Below are positions 27,849 through 32,000 of a stretch of DNA of 32,000 nt, one piece after another. Below the pieces are notes generated by a model. The model did not search any database. It was not told the origin of the DNA and saw only the letters and a list, made by a program, of their open reading frames with translations. Numbering within the stretch: the first letter of the stretch is position 1; each line of letters starts with the position of its first letter. This DNA comes from Candidatus Kuenenia stuttgartensis. GTDB lineage: Bacteria > Planctomycetota > Brocadiia > Brocadiales > Brocadiaceae. The stretch lies in the NCBI RefSeq assembly GCF_900232105.1, contig NZ_LT934425.1, positions 2,160,001 to 2,192,000 of the forward strand. Direction: 5' to 3'. The position numbers and the translations under genes are program-made.

Positions 27849-29117
27849 TCAATTATTGCGGCATCGCTGTTTCAACAGTTTCACAAGGTTCCCCGGTATA
27901 GAGATCTTTGCTATCGGAGTGTCAACCTTTCTTTTTCCGTGAAAGTCGGAACCGCCGGTTGCCACAAGGTCATATTTTTTTGCGAGTTTGAGGTATTTCT
28001 CCACGGTAGCTTTAGTATATGCAGGGTAGTACACTTCTATTCCCTGCAAACCATACCTTACAAGGTCCTCAATTAAATTATCCCGTTGTGTAAGTCCCGG
28101 ATGGGCAAGCACCGGAGCCCCTTTCGCTTCTCTTATCAGCTCTATTGCCTCTTGTGGAGTTAAGGTTTTTTTGGGAACATATGCGGGCGCTTTATCACCA
28201 ATGTATTTATAAAAGGCATCCACTAATGTGCTGGTATATCCGTTGCGCCAGATTACTTCTGCTAAATGCATACGTCCAGGTGAACCTTCCCCTGCAAGAT
28301 CAAACACTTCAACCGGATTGATCTCTACCTGAAGCCCGTGCAGTTTTTCTATCATTTTGTAAATACGTTCAATTCTGTCCTCACGTGCCTTTTTCATTAA
28401 TCCAATTAATGCATCATTATGAATATCAATAAAATAACCTAAAATATGTATTTCTGAAGGGTCCAGAAATGCAGAAATTTCTATGGCGGGAATAATTTGC
28501 AAATTCCCCCCTTTATTGTATTTGTCTGCCCTCAAAAATCCCTGAATAGTATCATGATCGGTGATGGCAATTGCGGATAAACCCAGTCGTATGGCTTCAT
28601 CAACAACCTCTTCCGGCGTTGCAGTGCCATCGGAGAAATTTGTGTGTATATGTAAGTCGGAAATGCCAAAATCAGGGGCTTTTTCCTCTTGTATCGTGTC
28701 TTTCTGTTTTCCGTTTTTCAGCCAATTGTATACTTTATCTAAAATACCATTAACAAACATCCCGGAATCTTTATCGCCGAATTTTTTGGCAAGTTCTATT
28801 GCTTCATTAATAGAAACCTTTGGTGGGATGTCATCTCTATAGAGCAACTCATACACGCCAAGTCTCAGGATGTTCTTGTCAATGACGGCCATCCGGTGCA
28901 AATCCCAGTTTTCCGCGGAAAGTGAAATTCTTTCATCGATCTCTTTTACATGAGATCTGCAGCCCGTGACAAGCAACAGGGCAAACTTATATATATCAGG
29001 TTTTTCCGCATTCTGCCGGCAGAATTCATCTATTTCCGTTTCCGCTTTGTCTCCGAGTAAATCGAGCTGATACAACGCTTTAATGGCAAGCTCGCGGGCA
29101 ATTGTTCTGTTGCGCAT
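27849..29117 (-). CDS. nusB: NusB antitermination factor fused to PHP-domain phosphoesterase
   Basis: N-term RELAIKALYQLDLLGDK...VSINEAIELAKKFGDKDSGMFVNGILDKV (NusB); C-term DLHIHTNFSDGTATPEEVVDEAIRLGLSAIAITDHDTIQGF...PVLAHPG...ATGGSDFHG (PHP). Confidence 0.94.
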   Translation of the reverse strand: MRNRTIARELAIKALYQLDLLGDKAETEIDEFCRQNAEKPDIYKFALLLVTGCRSHVKEIDERISLSAENWDLHRMAVIDKNILRLGVYELLYRDDIPPKVSINEAIELAKKFGDKDSGMFVNGILDKVYNWLKNGKQKDTIQEEKAPDFGISDLHIHTNFSDGTATPEEVVDEAIRLGLSAIAITDHDTIQGFLRADKYNKGGNLQIIPAIEISAFLDPSEIHILGYFIDIHNDALIGLMKKAREDRIERIYKMIEKLHGLQVEINPVEVFDLAGEGSPGRMHLAEVIWRNGYTSTLVDAFYKYIGDKAPAYVPKKTLTPQEAIELIREAKGAPVLAHPGLTQRDNLIEDLVRYGLQGIEVYYPAYTKATVEKYLKLAKKYDLVATGGSDFHGKRKVDTPIAKISIPGNLVKLLKQRCRNN

Positions 29118-29455
29118 ATAATACTTTCAGACCAAAATAAAAAAAATTAACATAATTAATGAAGAATAATGATGTGTCTCTGAGTTTGATGAATAAAGGG
29201 AAAATAAATAGTTGCACAAATGGGAACATGCGGGATTATTATCAATAATCGTCATGCGGCAGCATGAAAATATACTGTAAGGGCTTACAAACAGGGATTT
29301 CTATGTTTACTCATAACTTTTGTTTTAATAACTGGTTATAGCATTTGGGAAATATCCTTTTGTGAACTCCTTGAGTATGCAGTACTTTTTTTACATCGAG
29401 GCGTCTGGTGGGAGAAGTGTTGAAAAAGGGATAACGTATAATGTTTGCTACCGGT

Positions 29456-29920
29456 TTATATTTGATCAAAGAGATTCACCATTTCTATTGCCGATAAAGC
29501 GGCCTCTGTGCCTTTATTTCCTGTTTTCGCACCAGCACGGTCAATTGCTTGCTCTAACGTTTCTGTTGTAATAACTCCATAGATGACCGGTATTCCGGAG
29601 GACAAACCAATCTGCGTAATGCCTTTCGCTGATTCGCTGGCTACAAAATCAAAGTGGGGCGTTTCGCCGCGAATAATCGCTCCAAGGCAAATAACGGCAT
29701 CATACTTTCCTCTTTGTATAACCTTTTGAGCGGTAATGGGAATCTCGTAAGCGCCGGGTACCCAAAAAACGCCAATATCCTCTTCTTTTACCCCATGCCT
29801 TACAAGACCATCAATCGCGCCTTCCAGTAAACGTTTTGTGATGAAACCGTTATATCGGCTCACGATAATCCCAAAGGTCCTGCCCGTACCGATTAATTTC
29901 CCCTGATATTCAACGCCCAT
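29456..29920 (-). CDS. ribH: 6,7-dimethyl-8-ribityllumazine synthase
   Basis: [63 protein letters not shown]. Confidence 0.97.
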   Translation of the reverse strand: MGVEYQGKLIGTGRTFGIIVSRYNGFITKRLLEGAIDGLVRHGVKEEDIGVFWVPGAYEIPITAQKVIQRGKYDAVICLGAIIRGETPHFDFVASESAKGITQIGLSSGIPVIYGVITTETLEQAIDRAGAKTGNKGTEAALSAIEMVNLFDQI

Positions 29921-30175
29921 AAATGATTCCTTCGGAATTCACTAAAAATATGAATAAGGTTGAGATAAAAGTAAAGACCAAAAATCGCTATTTTAAAGGT
30001 AGGATGTTAACATATACAAAAAAATCTTTCAAGGCTTTTCCTTTTTAATAAAGCAACCTATTGCACTTATTGAGGTGTTAATTGTTCCTTGTAATTTCTG
30101 AAATATCGATGTATTATGAAACTCTTTATTTTATTAGAAAACGAGTAGCATCGCAGAGAAATAATAAGGTTTTGT

Positions 30176-31516
30176 GTGGATATAAAAGAGGAAGAGTACG
30201 GGAAAATCGAAGACGCCAGGATGCCTTTAGGCTCACATTTGGAAGAGTTGCGGCGTAGAGTCTTTTATTCTATCATCGCAATTATTTTCTGTTTTATATT
30301 ATGCTGGGTCTTTAAGCTGCACATTTTGGATATAGTAAAGCGGCCTCATGGCATTGCTATGCATAAGCTGGGACTTTCCACCGAATTGCAAGTGCTGAGT
30401 TATCAGGAAGGTTTTTACGCATACATGAAGCTGTGCTTCATCAGCGCCATTTTTTTAATGTATCCCCTTATCATTTATCAGGCATGGAGATTTGTCAGCG
30501 CGGGGCTGTATGCGAAGGAAAAAAGGTACATTCTCGTTTTCTTCCCGGTTTCATACATTGCTTTCGTTATGGGCGGGCTTTTCGGATATTATTTATTAAT
30601 CCCCTTTGGCTTGCAATTTTTAATAAGCATCCTTGGCCCCGGCATTCAACCCATCATTACGATGCAACAATATGTGTCGTTTGTTTTCCTGCTGACGGTC
30701 GCGCTTGGGCTGGTATTTCAACTACCTCTTGTAATGCTGCTTTTGTCAAAGATAGGATTCGTATCTGCAGATAACTTTATTAAGTGGAGAAAATATTCAA
30801 TACTTGTTATTTTCATTATTGCTGCCATAGTAACACCGCCAGACCCTTTTACCCAGACAATGACAGCCGCCCCAATGATCCTGTTGTATGAATTAGGGAT
30901 ACTCGTGGCAAAACCAACAAAAAAGGGGTTTATTTTACTTGGTATGGTTGTTGGGCTTGGTATTGTCGCCCTCGCGGCAGCATATTTTTATTTTACACAT
31001 ACACGAGGAATGATAGACCTTTCCCGCGTCTATGGGAATATGCAATTACAAAAGGCCGAAGATCATAAGTGGAAAAAGGTATCCTCTGTTGACCGCTTCC
31101 ATAGCGGCGTTGTTCTCAAAACCGGCGACGGAGAGAAGTCTTCATTTTCGACTAAAAATGGGATTGGCGTAAACATGGATTCGAATACCGAAATGTACTT
31201 TATTGATCCATGGAAAATTAACCTCCAAAAAGGGCAAATATTTCTCTCCCTTGCAAACTTGAAAAAAAATCTGGAGATTCTTACCCTAAATGGAAAGATT
31301 GTGGCAGATAACGGAATTTTTAATGTCCGGATAACGGAGTACGCCACTATTGTTACTGCGGTAAAGGGAGAAGCCACATTAATGCTGGAAGGTGAAACAA
31401 AAAAATTGCTTGAGGGCAGACAGCGCAAAATGGCTGCCGGGGGAGAACCCGTGGATATTCATTCCATAATTGATTGGTCTGAAGGCATCATAACGGATGT
31501 ACAGGGCAAAGAATAA
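30176..31516 (+). CDS. tatC: Sec-independent translocase TatC with a ~170-aa C-terminal extension resembling a FecR domain
   Basis: MPLGSHLEELRRRVFYSI..., YEGFYAYMKLCF-like segment, FIIAAIVTPPDPFTQTMTAAPMILLYELGI; C-term DGEKSSFSTKNGIGVNMDSNTEMYFIDPWKINLQKGQIFLSL...TEYATIVTAVKGEATLMLEGETKKLLEGRQRKM. Confidence 0.92.
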   Translation: MDIKEEEYGKIEDARMPLGSHLEELRRRVFYSIIAIIFCFILCWVFKLHILDIVKRPHGIAMHKLGLSTELQVLSYQEGFYAYMKLCFISAIFLMYPLIIYQAWRFVSAGLYAKEKRYILVFFPVSYIAFVMGGLFGYYLLIPFGLQFLISILGPGIQPIITMQQYVSFVFLLTVALGLVFQLPLVMLLLSKIGFVSADNFIKWRKYSILVIFIIAAIVTPPDPFTQTMTAAPMILLYELGILVAKPTKKGFILLGMVVGLGIVALAAAYFYFTHTRGMIDLSRVYGNMQLQKAEDHKWKKVSSVDRFHSGVVLKTGDGEKSSFSTKNGIGVNMDSNTEMYFIDPWKINLQKGQIFLSLANLKKNLEILTLNGKIVADNGIFNVRITEYATIVTAVKGEATLMLEGETKKLLEGRQRKMAAGGEPVDIHSIIDWSEGIITDVQGKE

Positions 31517-31617
31517 AACAGCGGAACTCCTCAATAAGTATAACTATTCAGCGTAAACATTACACGACTCCCTGCGGGTTCAGGTTACAAACCAATGTCA
31601 TTAAGTTAAGAATTATT

Positions 31618-31867
31618 GTAACACTTTGGTTTAAAAAAAAACGTATTACCGATAAGCTCCGTAGGAGCAACCTGTTTGTAGTAGATAGAATACCATAACA
31701 GATATTAGCTCCGTCAGGAGCGGCCTGTCTTCCTGTCAATCATATACAGGCCGCTCCTACGGAGCTATTTACCTGTTGAATTTTATTGTGCTACAAACAG
31801 ACCGCCCCTAAAGGGGCTACATTGTTTTTTATATCCCCTTGAATTTTTCAAATAACTAAGGTGTTAA
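31618..31867. mobile_element. MITE-like element, family B, copy 3, ~250 bp, inserted in a family C element
   Basis: GTAACACTTTGG ... CTAAGGTGTTAA; exact 8-bp duplication GAATTATT at 31610-31617 and 31868-31875; internal sequence homologous to 19630-19927. Confidence 0.88.
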
Positions 31868-32000
31868 GAATTATTTTATTAAAAACAACCCCCTTTTCCC
31901 CCTTTATTAACTGGGGATGACCCATATTTTTTGCTGGACACCGTGTTAACCGTATGTTACACTGTGTACATGCATAGAGTAGGAGGTCGAATATTTTCAG

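Noticed and set aside
29121-29455. FMN riboswitch or other regulatory RNA near ribH
   Set aside because: No recognisable conserved riboswitch core was seen upstream or downstream of ribH.

Overview
The window looks like a chromosomal segment from an anammox-type planctomycete. That assignment is inference from repeat style and gene content; no search was run. From left to right it contains: (1) a possible two-gene toxin-antitoxin-like pair; (2) a gene of unknown function cleanly split by an IS4-type insertion sequence, with 20-bp perfect terminal inverted repeats and an 11-bp target duplication; (3) a cupin gene and a surface-glycan type cassette: a four-helix-bundle gene split by a 141-bp MITE-like element with an exact 8-bp duplication, a DegT/DnrJ aminotransferase, a SAM methyltransferase, and a 1678-aa multidomain sulfotransferase-like/glycosyltransferase/TPR protein; (4) a polA-coaE-rho block; (5) a lipoprotein between two near-identical inverted MITE-like elements; (6) a CBS-domain gene; (7) a decayed hypB, hydG, type I restriction-modification remnants, and a HypC-HydE fusion; (8) a LOG-family gene, sdhB/frdB-like, ftsY, a NusB-PHP phosphoesterase fusion and ribH; (9) TatC with a FecR-like C-terminal extension. 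Strongest observations: small elements with inverted termini and 8-bp target duplications, two genes whose reading frames are restored exactly by excising the insertion, the HypC-HydE fusion, the NusB-PHP fusion, the TatC C-terminal extension, and the 1678-aa multidomain protein. No complete undescribed defence or CRISPR system was identified.
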